From assembly GCA_963826115.1 (NCBI GenBank), contig CAWGVS010000012.1, positions 640,001-704,000 on the forward strand: a stretch of 64,000 nucleotides of DNA, read 5' to 3'. The position numbers and the translations under genes were made by a program. This DNA is from an uncultured Candidatus Rokubacteria bacterium (lineage in GTDB: Bacteria > Methylomirabilota > Methylomirabilia > Rokubacteriales > DASRDR01). The notes under the pieces are model-generated. The model did not search any database. It had not been told where the DNA came from and was given only the letters and a program-made list of their open reading frames with translations. Within the stretch, counting starts at the first letter, position 1; every line of letters starts with the position of its first letter. Shown here piece by piece: positions 37,777 through 48,411 of the stretch.

Positions 37777-39192
37777 CTAGTAGCGGTAGTGCTCGGCCTT
37801 GTAGGGGCCGTCCTTCGGGAGCCCCACGTACTTCGCCTGCTCGTCGGTCAGCTCGGTGAGCATCGCGCCCAGCTTGCTCAGCTGGAGGCGCGCCACCTTC
37901 TCGTCGAGCCGCTTCGGCAGGATGTAGACGCCGACCGGATAGCTCTTGGTGTTCGTGAACAGCTCGATCTGGGCGAGCACCTGGTTGGCGAACGAGGAGC
38001 TCATGACGTAGCTCGGGTGCCCGGTCCCGCAGCCCAGGTTCACCAGCCGCCCCTCGGCCAGCAGGATGATGCGCTTGCCGTCGGGGAAGATGATGTGGTC
38101 GACCTGCGGCTTGATGTTGTCCCACTTGTACTGGCGCAGCGAAGCCACGTCGATCTCGTTGTCGAAGTGACCGATGTTGCACACGATGGCGTTGTTCTTC
38201 ATGCGCCGCATGTGGTCGTGGGTGATGACGCGCAGGTTCCCGGTGGCCGAGACGAAGATGTCGGCGTGCTCCGCCGCGTAGTCCAGGGTGACCACGCGGT
38301 AGCCCTCCATCGCCGCCTGCAGCGCGCAGATCGGATCGATCTCGGTCACCCACACCTGGGCCTGGAGCCCGCGCAGCGCCTGGGCCGAGCCCTTGCCGAC
38401 CTCGCCGTAGCCGGCGACCACCGCGATCTTGCCGGCCACCATCACGTCGGTGGCGCGCTTGATGCCGTCCACCAGCGACTCGCGGCAGCCGTAGATGTTG
38501 TCGAACTTCGACTTGGTCACCGAGTCGTTGACGTTGATGCCCGGGAAGAGCAGCCGCTGGTCCTTGACCATCTGGTAGAGGCGGTGGACACCGGTGGTGG
38601 TCTCCTCGGTGACGCCGCGGATCTCCTTGCCGATCATCGAGTACCACCCGGGCCGGGCCGCCAGCTGCTTCCGGATGGCGGCGAAGAGGACAGTCTCCTC
38701 CTCGCTCTCGGGATGCGCCAGCACCGAGGGGTCCTTCTCGGCCCGCGCGCCGAGGTGCACCAGCAGGGTGGCGTCGCCGCCGTCGTCGAGAATCATGTTC
38801 GGGCCGCGGTCGCCGAACTCGAAGATCCGATGCGTGAAGTCCCAGTACTCGGTGAGCGACTCGCCCTTGCGCGCGAAGACCGGCGTGCCGCCGGCGGCAA
38901 TGGCCGCCGCCGCGTGGTCCTGGGTCGAGAAGATGTTGCAGGAGGCCCAGCGCACCTCCGCGCCCAGCGCCTTCAGCGTCTCGATGAGCACGGCGGTCTG
39001 GATCGTCATGTGGAGCGATCCCGCGATGCGGGCGCCCCGGAGCGGCTGCCGCGCCGCGTACTCCTCGCGAATGGCCATCAGCGCGGGCATCTCGCCCTCG
39101 GCGATGGCGATCTCCTTGCGGCCCCACTCGGCCAGGAGCAGGTCGGCCACGTGGTAGTCGGGGAGGGACTGGCGGGTCGATGTGGCGCTCAT
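37777..39192 (-). CDS. ahcY: Adenosylhomocysteinase
   Basis: [65 protein letters not shown]. Confidence 0.98.
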   Translation of the reverse strand: MSATSTRQSLPDYHVADLLLAEWGRKEIAIAEGEMPALMAIREEYAARQPLRGARIAGSLHMTIQTAVLIETLKALGAEVRWASCNIFSTQDHAAAAIAAGGTPVFARKGESLTEYWDFTHRIFEFGDRGPNMILDDGGDATLLVHLGARAEKDPSVLAHPESEEETVLFAAIRKQLAARPGWYSMIGKEIRGVTEETTTGVHRLYQMVKDQRLLFPGINVNDSVTKSKFDNIYGCRESLVDGIKRATDVMVAGKIAVVAGYGEVGKGSAQALRGLQAQVWVTEIDPICALQAAMEGYRVVTLDYAAEHADIFVSATGNLRVITHDHMRRMKNNAIVCNIGHFDNEIDVASLRQYKWDNIKPQVDHIIFPDGKRIILLAEGRLVNLGCGTGHPSYVMSSSFANQVLAQIELFTNTKSYPVGVYILPKRLDEKVARLQLSKLGAMLTELTDEQAKYVGLPKDGPYKAEHYRY

Positions 39193-39223
39193 CGCGCCTC
39201 CTTTCTGTACGACAAAAGGGTCG

Positions 39224-39295
39224 CGAGCGCCGTTACAGGATCCATCCCGAGCCTGGCAGGCGCCGTCGGGCGCCCGTCGCAACGCTCCTCGGGGA
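39224..39295 (-). ncRNA. SAH riboswitch
   Basis: CCGAGGAGCGTTGCGAC...CAGGCTCGG...AACGGCGCTC pseudoknot pattern directly upstream of ahcY. Confidence 0.88.
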
Positions 39296-39320
39296 CCGCG
39301 GCCATCATACCAAACTCGCG

Positions 39321-40004
39321 TCAGGCCCGCCAGAACCGCGCGGCGGCGACGGCCACGACGGCGAGCACGACGCCGACCGGGACCAGCAGCGTCAGGGCCG
39401 GGGCCGCCTGCATCAGGCCCCCGGCCGCCATCGCGCCGAGCACGTAGACCCCCCAGGCGGTCGCCAGCATGCGCTTGCCGTGACCCGCGGCGGCCGGGCC
39501 CACGCCGTGACGGGCGATGAGGCTCACGAGGCTGGTCAGCGTGCCGGTCACGAACGTGGTGGCGATCCCGAAGACATCGAGCCGCCGCGCCGCCGCGCTC
39601 TGCACGCCCATGGCGAGCGCGGCCAGCGTCACCCGCCCGACGAGCAGCGACGAGCGGTCCGCGGCCAGCGCGGCGAGCAGCACGCACTCGACGCCCAGCG
39701 CGACGGTCACGCCGCGCGGCCACGAGGCGGGGTGCTCGCTCCGGTGCACCAGCCCGGCGCCGATGGCGGCGCCGACCACAAACGCGGCCAGCGCCAGCGC
39801 GGTGCGGACGATGGCGCCTCCATCGGCCTGCACGAGCGCCAGGCCGAACAGCACGGTGTTGCCGGTCATGTTGGCGGTGAAGACGCGCCCCAGCGCGAGA
39901 TAGCTGACGGCGTCCACGTATCCGGCGGCGCCGGTCAGCAGGAGCACGAGCGCGTACTTGAGCGCGGCGGACCTCGGGTCTTCCCGGACGGACGCTGGCG
40001 CCAT
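39321..40004 (-). CDS. YoaK/DUF1275 membrane protein
   Basis: GYVDAVSY...[21 protein letters not shown]. Confidence 0.9.
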   Translation of the reverse strand: MAPASVREDPRSAALKYALVLLLTGAAGYVDAVSYLALGRVFTANMTGNTVLFGLALVQADGGAIVRTALALAAFVVGAAIGAGLVHRSEHPASWPRGVTVALGVECVLLAALAADRSSLLVGRVTLAALAMGVQSAAARRLDVFGIATTFVTGTLTSLVSLIARHGVGPAAAGHGKRMLATAWGVYVLGAMAAGGLMQAAPALTLLVPVGVVLAVVAVAAARFWRA

Positions 40005-40025
40005 GGCGGGATCGAGGCCGCGGCC

Positions 40026-40349
40026 TCACTGCATCGGTGAGCGTGGCGTGGCGATGAGCCGAGTCACGACGATGTCCTCGCGGCGGTGATACTCCTGCCA
40101 GATGGGCTCGATGTTGGCCTTCCGCCAGTCGTCTTGATAGACCGCCTGGTACTGCGCTTCGCGCTGCTCCTCGCTCTCGAACCGCCGGATCCAGACGTAG
40201 ACGGACTGGTCCGTCTCGCCCCGGAAGCTGCCACACACCACCATGCCCCTGGAGACCTGGAACGGGATGATCTGCTCTTCCATGATCTTGACCCAGCCGT
40301 CGATCTTGCCGGGCTGTGGCCGGTAGATGCGGAGCTCGAAGAAGGCCAT
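40026..40349 (-). CDS. NIPSNAP family protein
   Basis: [26 protein letters not shown]. Confidence 0.88.
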   Translation of the reverse strand: MAFFELRIYRPQPGKIDGWVKIMEEQIIPFQVSRGMVVCGSFRGETDQSVYVWIRRFESEEQREAQYQAVYQDDWRKANIEPIWQEYHRREDIVVTRLIATPRSPMQ

Positions 40350-40400
40350 CGCGCGCGTCCTCCCTGATCTCTTCTGGCTCCAGGCCGCCCGGGGGAATCG

Positions 40401-41165
40401 TCAGCCCTGCATCGTGAGGCCGCCCGAGACGCTGATCGTCTGCCCGGTGATGTACGCGGCATCGTCGCTGGCGAGGAACGCGACGATCCCCGGATAGTCC
40501 TCGGGCGCGCCGAGGCGCTTCATCGGGATCGCCCGCTTCAGGCCCTCCAGGATCTTCGCGCCGTCGGGACCCTCGGTGAAGCTGCGCAGGATCGCGGTGT
40601 CGGTCGGGCCCGGGCACACCGTGTTCAGCCGGATGCCCTTGGCCACCAGCTCGCGCGCCAGCGTCTTGGTGAGCGCGATCACGCCGCCCTTGCACGCCGA
40701 GTACACCGCCTCGCCGGAGGAGCCGACCCGCCCGGCGTCGGAGGCGATGTTCACCACCGCCCCGCGCCCGCGCGCAGCCATCCGCTTGAGCACGGCGTGG
40801 TGCATGTTGAGCGGACCGTAGAGGTTGACGCGGATCACCCGGTCCCAGAACGCGGGCTCCGTGTCGAGAAAGTTGGCGGCGCGGTCCCAGCCCGCGTTGT
40901 TCACCAGGATGTCCGCCGGCCCGCGGACGCGCTCGAGCGACTCGACCGCCCGCTCGACCGCGGCATGGTCGGCAATGTCGACGACCTCGACCGCCGCGTG
41001 GCCGCCCTGCGCTTGGATCTCCTGCGCGCAGCCGTGCGCGCCAGGCTCGTCGAGGTCGAAGATGCCCACCGTGCAGCCCTCGGCCGCGAGCCTGAGGGCG
41101 ATGGCCCGCCCGATACCGTTCGCCGCGCCGGTCACCAGCGCCACCCTGCCCTTCAGTCCACGCAT
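40401..41165 (-). CDS. Short-chain dehydrogenase, BadH-like
   Basis: [47 protein letters not shown]. Confidence 0.9.
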   Translation of the reverse strand: MRGLKGRVALVTGAANGIGRAIALRLAAEGCTVGIFDLDEPGAHGCAQEIQAQGGHAAVEVVDIADHAAVERAVESLERVRGPADILVNNAGWDRAANFLDTEPAFWDRVIRVNLYGPLNMHHAVLKRMAARGRGAVVNIASDAGRVGSSGEAVYSACKGGVIALTKTLARELVAKGIRLNTVCPGPTDTAILRSFTEGPDGAKILEGLKRAIPMKRLGAPEDYPGIVAFLASDDAAYITGQTISVSGGLTMQG

Positions 41166-41434
41166 GATCCGCCTCCTTCAAACGACCCAACCCAGCAGGG
41201 CTGGCGTGGGAGCTCGGGCTGGAGATCGGCGCACGGGACGTGGCGCGCCTGGAGGGAAGCGTGGCGCGGCGATGAGCCGAGTCACCTCGATGTCCCCGGG
41301 GCGATGATACTCCTGTCGGCTCGGCTAGATGATCCGCTCTTCTCTAGTCGCGGCTATCAACCGGGCGGTACGGGGCGGCCCGGCGGCCGCCCCGTCACTT
41401 CAGTGCGTGCGAGCGGATCGTCGCGTTCGCGCCG

Positions 41435-44230
41435 TTAGCGGCGACGCGTGACGCGCGCGCGTCGAGGCCGTCGCGCGGGCGCGGTGAGCGCGGCCGTCGC
41501 CGCCAGCAGCCGCGTGAACCGCTCGTAGCGACAGTCCGCATCGCAGCCGTGGCTCCCCTTGTGGCGTGAAGGCGCCGGGTGGCCGTGTCCTCCATGACCA
41601 GGGGGGGACCCGCTGGCCCCCGTATCATGCTCCGGACAGTAGCTCCCCTCCAGGTACAGGCCCACGTGATACGCCCCGGGGACCGGCGTGTCCTCGACGT
41701 GCACGTGGAGCGGACCTCCATCGTGCGCTACCACCGCCAGCTCCACGTCCCGCACCTGCCCCAGCTGTCGGTTCCGATTCTCGAGCGTCGCCAGAACCTT
41801 GGCCGGGTCGAAGCCGAGTGATCGCGCGTCCCTGAGCTTCGGGTCTCTGGGGATGCTCGCGCTCTTGCCCCGCGCCAGCAGAGCCCGGAGGTCCACGGTC
41901 GGTGCGACCAGTCGGGCAAAGGCGAGCGTCGGCGCGATGGTTCCCGCCAGGACGCTGGCGAGCACGTCGAACCCGAGGCTGGCCCCGGTGACGAAGTCGC
42001 TCTTGCGCGGCAGGATCTCCAGGCGCAGTCGCGTGCGCGCGTGGACGGTCACAACGAGACTGCACGCCAGGCCGCCATCACGGTTCGTACTCGGTGGTCG
42101 GACGTCCAGTCGATGTCGCGGTCGTGCCGGGATGCTGCGCGCGGCCTTGCGCGCCTCGGGCTTGGTCAGGAGGCGCGCATAGCGAGGCCCGCGAGCGGGC
42201 CCCGCCGACACCGGCAGCACGAGCTCACTCAGGTCCGGCATCAACATCGCGTCCATGGTCGACGTCCGGTAGGCTGCCATGAGGACCCAGCGACCGACCC
42301 AGGCCGAGGCGTCGGCGCTGTCCCGCTGCAGCACGAGGGACAGGCGACCGTTCCGTCGAGACGCCGTGACGTGGGGTCGGCGCCCGCCATGCCCCGCTGG
42401 GGAGGCGTGGACGTGTCCGGTCCCGTCGACGTAGGTCACGACTCCATCGGGGGCGACGAGATGGAACCGCCAGTTCTCGTCGATGAAGTCCATGCCCTGG
42501 GCGGTGACAAACAGCACGTCGTCGGCAGAGGTCACGGCGAGATCGAGATGAACGTGCTCTCCAGCAAACACCTCCAAGACCGGATCGAAGACCGTGGTGA
42601 ATCCGAGCGCGGCGGCCAGCGCGTTCGAGAAGAACTTGTCGATGGTCCCGGCGTTCTCGCCGTGGAACACCTGGAGAGTCGGAAGTGTGAGGCCCTTGGC
42701 GACCATGCTGGCGAGGGTTGCGTAGTCCACATCGGCGCCGGTGCCGAAGCCCATCGCGAAGATGGCGGTGTTGGTGAAGCTGCCGTCGGGAATGGACGTC
42801 ATGAGCGAGCCGGTTGTGCGCACGCCGTCGGTCAGCATCGCCAGATAGCGCCGCTCGTCGGGTGGAATCCCGCCGAAGGGCGGCTCCACGAGCGTGTCCT
42901 CCACGTCCTGGAGGGCGTCCGCGAGCGGGGTGCCGCCGCCCGCCGACATGCCCGAGACGGCGCTGTCGAAGACGGCGCGACTGTAGGCGCCGCCGTTCTT
43001 GATGAGCCCGTACGAGGTCCCGGCGAACAGCGGCGCAAATTCATGGGTGACCCCGAGGGTACGAAACGTCTTGATGCCCGCCGTGACGTAGAGCGCTCCA
43101 CTGGCGTACACGGTCTCGCAATCCTGGAGAAACGCCGACACGCCACGGGTCGCCGCCACCCATTTCGTCACGTCGGGGGCAGCCACCGTCATGGGATCCG
43201 GCGTCAGGCCATTCATGCTGCCCGTGCGATCGAGCCCAATCCCGATGATCGGGATGGCGTCATACGTATAACCCAGCGCTCGATGATCGAGCGTATCCAC
43301 GTTGCGCTTGGACCCGAGCGCGCTGAAATCCGGCATGGTGATCGGCGGCCACGAGATGTTGCTGGTGTAGCCAGGGGCGCCGCCGGTCCACGGAAACATC
43401 AGATCGTTGCGATGGTGATGCACGTTGCCACCGGTCGTCGGATAGACGTCGGCGTTGCCGTCCAGCTGCCACATCGCCCAGAGCCGATCGATGTTGCAGT
43501 GATGCAGATAGAAGATTGGATCGAAGGGTGACGCGGTCGCATTGCTCATGTGTCCGCCGACCCATCCGTGAAGCCCGTTGTGCATCTGGTGTCCGGAGGG
43601 AAGCCCGTCTCCGCTCTCGAGCGCGTTCTGGAAGGTCGAGTAGGTCGTCTTGGCGAGGCTGTTCTGCAGGTCATTGACGGTGGGCAAGCTTGCTGGGGCG
43701 CTCAGGTCCCGCCGAAGCGGGCCCGTCCAGATGGCCGGAAACGGATCGGGGAGTGTCCACCCCGTCAACCCTGCCGGCCACCAGACCGGGGCGGGCGTCG
43801 GGTTTCCGGGCGTGCCGGGGGCAGTGGCGGCGAAGTAGCCACTGCTGACGATGTTCGTCCCGGGAGCCCCGTTGGGGCCGAGGAAGGTCTCCGTCATGAT
43901 GGGCGCCGGGTCGGTCCAGTCCCAATACGGCAGCATGACGCCGGGGACGTAGCTCTGAAGCTGCTGCTCGACTTGAAGGAGGAAGAAGCGATGCCAGCTG
44001 AGGAAGCTGAACGCGCCCCCGCCACCATGGCCGAAGTTGACGGTGACTGGGCCGGGTGCGGTGACGTTCTGGATCATGCGGTGGATGGCCACGAGCTCGT
44101 CCCACTTGCTGTACCGCTGCGCGGGGGGAGCTGCGGGGTTGACGATGTCGGCCTTCATCATCACGCACGCCCGCACGAAGGATTCCTTTTCGGCAGGAGT
44201 CAGTAGCTTTGCGTTCTTTCGCACTCCCAT
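41435..44230 (-). CDS. Tyrosinase (type-3 copper) fused to vWA and a C-terminal His/Cys-rich region
   Basis: AAGGAG RBS; VRKN start; CuA H..H..FLSWHR; PYWDW; CuB HNGLH...DPIFYLHHCNIDRLW; MIDAS-like LDRTGSM, GGGTPL, MLTDG. Confidence 0.88.
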   Translation of the reverse strand: MGVRKNAKLLTPAEKESFVRACVMMKADIVNPAAPPAQRYSKWDELVAIHRMIQNVTAPGPVTVNFGHGGGGAFSFLSWHRFFLLQVEQQLQSYVPGVMLPYWDWTDPAPIMTETFLGPNGAPGTNIVSSGYFAATAPGTPGNPTPAPVWWPAGLTGWTLPDPFPAIWTGPLRRDLSAPASLPTVNDLQNSLAKTTYSTFQNALESGDGLPSGHQMHNGLHGWVGGHMSNATASPFDPIFYLHHCNIDRLWAMWQLDGNADVYPTTGGNVHHHRNDLMFPWTGGAPGYTSNISWPPITMPDFSALGSKRNVDTLDHRALGYTYDAIPIIGIGLDRTGSMNGLTPDPMTVAAPDVTKWVAATRGVSAFLQDCETVYASGALYVTAGIKTFRTLGVTHEFAPLFAGTSYGLIKNGGAYSRAVFDSAVSGMSAGGGTPLADALQDVEDTLVEPPFGGIPPDERRYLAMLTDGVRTTGSLMTSIPDGSFTNTAIFAMGFGTGADVDYATLASMVAKGLTLPTLQVFHGENAGTIDKFFSNALAAALGFTTVFDPVLEVFAGEHVHLDLAVTSADDVLFVTAQGMDFIDENWRFHLVAPDGVVTYVDGTGHVHASPAGHGGRRPHVTASRRNGRLSLVLQRDSADASAWVGRWVLMAAYRTSTMDAMLMPDLSELVLPVSAGPARGPRYARLLTKPEARKAARSIPARPRHRLDVRPPSTNRDGGLACSLVVTVHARTRLRLEILPRKSDFVTGASLGFDVLASVLAGTIAPTLAFARLVAPTVDLRALLARGKSASIPRDPKLRDARSLGFDPAKVLATLENRNRQLGQVRDVELAVVAHDGGPLHVHVEDTPVPGAYHVGLYLEGSYCPEHDTGASGSPPGHGGHGHPAPSRHKGSHGCDADCRYERFTRLLAATAALTAPARRPRRARVTRRR

Positions 44231-45027
44231 GGCCAGCTCCTTTCGAGTCCAAGGTGGAGTGACGTTGCGGGTCGACGGAGCGGCGAGTTCAAGCCCGGCG
44301 GTGCGAGATTCACGCCAGCGTGGACGGCACGAACGGTGGCTGTTCATTCGCCCGTCGCCACGCGCACTTCGGCTTCCCGGCCCGCGCACGGGTCAGTAGA
44401 TGTCTCCCGGCGCCGTGTGCACAGAAACAGGGCAGGGCGGTCGGGGACGAAGGTCGGCCGGCGCTAGAACCCCTGTGGAATCAGGGGGTTTAGAAGCACT
44501 GCACAGTGGACTGTGCAACCTGCCCTGTAGACTGTGCAGGGGCTTGGACCCCAGGAGGCCGCGCGCGGCACGAGAGCGCGTGCGGCCCCTCTACCCGTTC
44601 CTGTGTACCTCGTGTGTGAAGATTCGCTCTTGGGGGATCTCGCGCTTCGCGCCGGCACTCCGTTCATGCCGATCCAACGGTGATCCTCGCAGCTCTGGCT
44701 GAATCTTGCTGTCGACCTCATCAGGCCGCGTCCTGTCGCGCGCGAGCGCCTGAACGATGTCGCCGGTCAGCCGGCGCCCGACGACGCTGCGACTGCAGTC
44801 AAGCGTGATTGCATCGGCCGACCCGCGGTCTCCCTTCGTGTTCGTGAGAAACGCTCGCACGCTCTCCGATGGGGCCTGCGCGACAAGCCCACGCCCCAGG
44901 AACGACGGAAGCTAGGTACGGCGCGGCGGCGCTCAGGGGCACCGACCCTGATCCCGTTCGGTGAGACGCGCGTGGAGACATCGCGGTGAGCCCCATGGTG
45001 ATACCGGGGAAACGGTGTGCGGTGAGG

Positions 45028-45067
45028 TGGCGCGCCCGGACGGAATCCAACCCCCGACCCACGGCTT
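45028..45067 (-). repeat. Degenerate distal copy of the tRNA-Arg(TCT) 3' half (att-like site)
   Basis: 37/40 identical to 51197..51236. Confidence 0.85.
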
Positions 45068-45189
45068 GCCGGATCGTTTCACGGACCCGTTCAAGCTCGA
45101 CCTCGCCCCGGACTCCGACGCGCCGCCCGGATCCTTGACTCCCGGACTGCCGTGGTGTCTGCTTCGAGAAACCCCGCAGGAGGCGAATC

Positions 45190-45591
45190 ATGCCGGACTT
45201 GAAGACGATCCGGACCTGGACAGTCGGTGCGACCACGGGCCTGGTAGTCGGCGCGCTGATCGGCGGGATTCTCGCGGCCGCCACGGCCTCGTCGCCGACG
45301 CCCTGCGCCCCGACGGCCGCGACCGTGACCCCCACCGCCAAGGCCGTGGCGGCCGCGCCTCCGGCCCCGAAGGTGGCCCCCGCTCGGCCCACGCGCTGGA
45401 CCGAGCGGCCGACCCAGTACGCCAGCGGCGAACACCTGTGGTTCTCCTGGCGGAGCTCCATGGTGCGCGGGCTGGGCGGCCAGCCGGTCCCGACCCTGAA
45501 GGAGCAACACGCGTCCGCCCGCGAGGGCTGGTGGGGGGAGACGGTGAACACGCCTCCGAGCTCCCTCGCCTACGTGGCCAGCGACCGCTGA
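45190..45591 (+). CDS. Secreted/membrane-anchored hypothetical protein
   Basis: CAGGAGG RBS; N-terminal hydrophobic segment, Pro/Ala linker, Trp-rich C-terminus. Confidence 0.65.
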   Translation: MPDLKTIRTWTVGATTGLVVGALIGGILAAATASSPTPCAPTAATVTPTAKAVAAAPPAPKVAPARPTRWTERPTQYASGEHLWFSWRSSMVRGLGGQPVPTLKEQHASAREGWWGETVNTPPSSLAYVASDR

Positions 45592-45753
45592 CCTAACCGG
45601 CACCTCCGAAGCCACCGGGCGGCGGTGGAGCCCGGGCGGGACCGGAGCCCTGACCGGAGAGCGCTCGGCCTTCCCCTGGCCGGCACCTCCGCGCAGTCAG
45701 TCCGTGTCAGCCTGCGGGCCCATGAAGTCGGGACTACCCACCGGCTTCCGGCG

Positions 45754-46011
45754 CTAGAGCTTGGTCCGCTCCATCTCCCACGCCGAGAAGCAGCGAAGGT
45801 GCAAGTGAAACCGGTCCAGGGCCGGATTCGCGCCGTCACGGCTGAACTGCAGCTCGTACTCCACCTGGTCGCGCGCGATCCTTTGCCCGCAGACCGCGCA
45901 GGGCATATCCGCCCCATGCCCGCCCCACGTGCGGTCCGGGTCGCAAACGGGGAGCTTCCCGGCCTTCAGGACTTCCCGCGCCAGTGCGCGGATTTCTTTC
46001 TCGTTGGGCAT
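45754..46011 (-). CDS. Small putative zinc-finger protein (CxxC...HxxC)
   Basis: GGAGG RBS; GKLP...WGG.G...CAVC...FHLHLRCFSAW. Confidence 0.7.
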   Translation of the reverse strand: MPNEKEIRALAREVLKAGKLPVCDPDRTWGGHGADMPCAVCGQRIARDQVEYELQFSRDGANPALDRFHLHLRCFSAWEMERTKL

Positions 46012-46300
46012 CAGGCCAGACCTCCGCACGCACCCCGACCGGTGAGGCCTCGTGCTGTGGGAGTGTCGTACCGGAGCCAGATGCCATAGGGCGGGACGTC
46101 CGGAACGTCAACCCAGCGACCCCGTGGAAGGCACCGACAGGATAGCGCATCGAAGAACCTTCCGTAGGTAGGCACCCTCAAGTGCCCGTGCGCTCGGGCG
46201 AGTCCCGCCGTCATGCCGACGGCCAAGGGTCAATCCGAGGGTGGAAGCGGTACGAAGACCTGCACTGAGCGAATCGGCCGTGAGACGTGCCGAAAATGAA

Positions 46301-46345
46301 TGGCGCGCCTGGAGAGAATCGAACCCCCGACCCACGGCTTAGAAG
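46301..46345 (-). repeat. Displaced copy of the tRNA-Arg(TCT) 3' half (att-like site)
   Basis: 44/45 identical to 51197..51241; ends at anticodon loop (...ggcttagaag). Confidence 0.93.
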
Positions 46346-46767
46346 TGCGGGACGCGCCTCTACTACCAAGCGCGACCAACTGCGGCCGAGTATGACAGGG
46401 CAAGGAGTTGCGGCAACTCCGTCATGATACCGATGGCGACGAGTTCGGACCCATTCGGATGCCCAATGGCATCAGAATCGGCACTGGGGTGGCGGCGTCA
46501 AGGCCCAGAGACGATCTGAAGCGCCTCTTGGGTCAGGGACGCGGCCCCTCTGAGATCGCCCGCGGACGAGGCCAGCGTCTGGTATGCTACGCGTGCGGGT
46601 CGATGGGGCCATCGCGGTCTCCAGCGGCTCTGCAGGGTGCTCTGCCGGGCTTCCCCTCTCTAGAGACTGGCCTCGCCTCCGTCGGTTCTCCCGCATCCTC
46701 GGGGCGCGTATCCCAAGCGGATGAGTTGAATGGCCCCCGACGCGGTCGGGGGCAAGAGGAGGCGCCC

Positions 46768-47055
46768 ATGGCGTCCAAGTTATATGTTGGCGGAATGGCG
46801 TACTCGACCACCTCCGAGAGCCTGCGGCAGCACTTTGCCCAGTGCGGGACGGTCGAGTCGGCCACAGTGATCACGGACCGGATCTCGGGCGACTCGCGTG
46901 GGTTCGGGTTCGTGGAGATGTCCAACGAGGCCGAGGCGCAGACGGCCATCCAGAAGCTGAACGACCAGTCGTTCGAGGGTCGGAAGCTGATGGTGAACGT
47001 GGCAAAGTCGCCGGGCGCGGGCGGCGGCGGCCCGCGCAAGACGTCTAGCTGGTAG
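46768..47055 (+). CDS. Single-RRM RNA-binding protein
   Basis: RNP2 KLYVGG, RNP1 RGFGFVEM; GAGGAGG RBS. Confidence 0.95.
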   Translation: MASKLYVGGMAYSTTSESLRQHFAQCGTVESATVITDRISGDSRGFGFVEMSNEAEAQTAIQKLNDQSFEGRKLMVNVAKSPGAGGGGPRKTSSW

Positions 47056-47476
47056 TCGCGATCGGCTAGACGTCGTCAAGCGGCGCGGGAGCCTCGGCTC
47101 CTGCGCCGTTCGTCTGGCATCCCCGAGCCGGATTCCCCCCCCCGACCGCAGCCACGCAGGGTACCCCGACGTCCGATATCCGGTAACAACCGCGCGCTGG
47201 CGGAAGACGCCAGCGCCTGCCGTGGCAGGCCACGGAACCGATCTCACCGACACAGAGGTCCGCGTTCGATCCGCATCCGATGGCGCCCGGGCATCCGCTT
47301 CCAGAGGCTGGTCCATCGGGAACGAGGTGGCGGTACCCGGCTCAGTGTCCCTCCGCCGCCGGCGGTCCCTCCGCGGAGCGCTTGCGTGACGGCATTGACC
47401 TGCGCAGATAACTGTACTACTGTACTAGGACAGTAGCTGTCGCGGTCCCGCCAACGAGGCTCAAAGAGGCTCCGAC

Positions 47477-48109
47477 ATGACGCACACGCTGTCGCCGCTG
47501 CGATTCCCCTACGACGCCCTGGAGCCGCATATCGATGCCGAGACGATGGAGCTCCATCACGACAAGCATCATCAAGCGTACGTCGACAACCTGAACAAGG
47601 CGATCGAGCCGTATCCGCAACTGGCCGATCTCACGACCGAGGATCTGCTGCGTCGACTCGACCAGGTTCCCGAGGAGATCCGGACGGCCGTTCGGAACCA
47701 CGGCGGCGGCGACGTCAATCATCAGCTCTTCTGGGAGATCCTCGGGCCCAAGGCGGGCAAGCCGCCGAAGGGCGTGATCGCCGACGCCATCACGAAGCAC
47801 TTTGGTTCATTCGCCCGGTTTCAGTCCCTCTTCACCGACGCGGCCACGAAGCACTTCGGCTCGGGATGGGCGTTTCTCGTCGTGAACCCGGCTACCCAGG
47901 CGCTCGAGATCATGTCGCTGCCCAATCAGGACAGCGTGCTGTCGCACGGCAAGGCCGCGCTCCTCTGCTGCGATGTATGGGAGCACGCGTACTACCTGAA
48001 ATACAGAAACCGACGCGCGGACTACCTCGCGGCCTGGTGGAACGTCGTCGCCTGGGACGTCGTCGACCAGCGGCTCGCGGACGTTCGGGCCGAGAAGTCT
48101 CACGCATAG
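47477..48109 (+). CDS. sodA: Fe/Mn superoxide dismutase (Mn-type residues)
   Basis: YDALEP, HHDKHH, NHGGG..NH, FGSGW, NQD, DVWEHAYY. Confidence 0.93.
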   Translation: MTHTLSPLRFPYDALEPHIDAETMELHHDKHHQAYVDNLNKAIEPYPQLADLTTEDLLRRLDQVPEEIRTAVRNHGGGDVNHQLFWEILGPKAGKPPKGVIADAITKHFGSFARFQSLFTDAATKHFGSGWAFLVVNPATQALEIMSLPNQDSVLSHGKAALLCCDVWEHAYYLKYRNRRADYLAAWWNVVAWDVVDQRLADVRAEKSHA

Positions 48110-48170
48110 CCTTGCAGGACCGGGTACGGATGGCGCCGGCCAGGTCGCGGAATGAGAGAAGGGAACGATC

Positions 48171-48368
48171 ATGATGAGCCGATTCGTCGTAGGCGTGGTC
48201 TTGCTCGGGTTGCTGGGGAGCTCCGCCTTGGTGGGGTGCGAGAAGGGGCCGGCCGAAAAGGTGGGCGAGAAGCTCGACGAAGCCCTGGACAAGCTGAGCG
48301 GGAAGGGGCCAATCGAGAAGGCCGGCGAACGGATCGACAAGGCCGTCGACACACTCACAAAGAAGTAG
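48171..48368 (+). CDS. Small stress-type lipoprotein
   Basis: LVGC lipobox; repeated GPAEKVGEKLD / GPIEKAGERID. Confidence 0.8.
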   Translation: MMSRFVVGVVLLGLLGSSALVGCEKGPAEKVGEKLDEALDKLSGKGPIEKAGERIDKAVDTLTKK

Positions 48369-48411
48369 GGCCGGCCCGGGCCGGCTCCGTCTGGAGCGCT
48401 GCGTGAGCGAC

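Noticed and set aside
37777-41190. Apparent 1137-aa AhcY with a long N-terminal extension
   Set aside because: The extension is off-frame read-through across the SDR, NIPSNAP and YoaK genes; the true start at 39192 has its own RBS and riboswitch.
47417-47436. Possible LexA SOS box upstream of sod
   Set aside because: Spacing is CTGT-N6-ACAG, not the CTGT-N8-ACAG of the gammaproteobacterial box.
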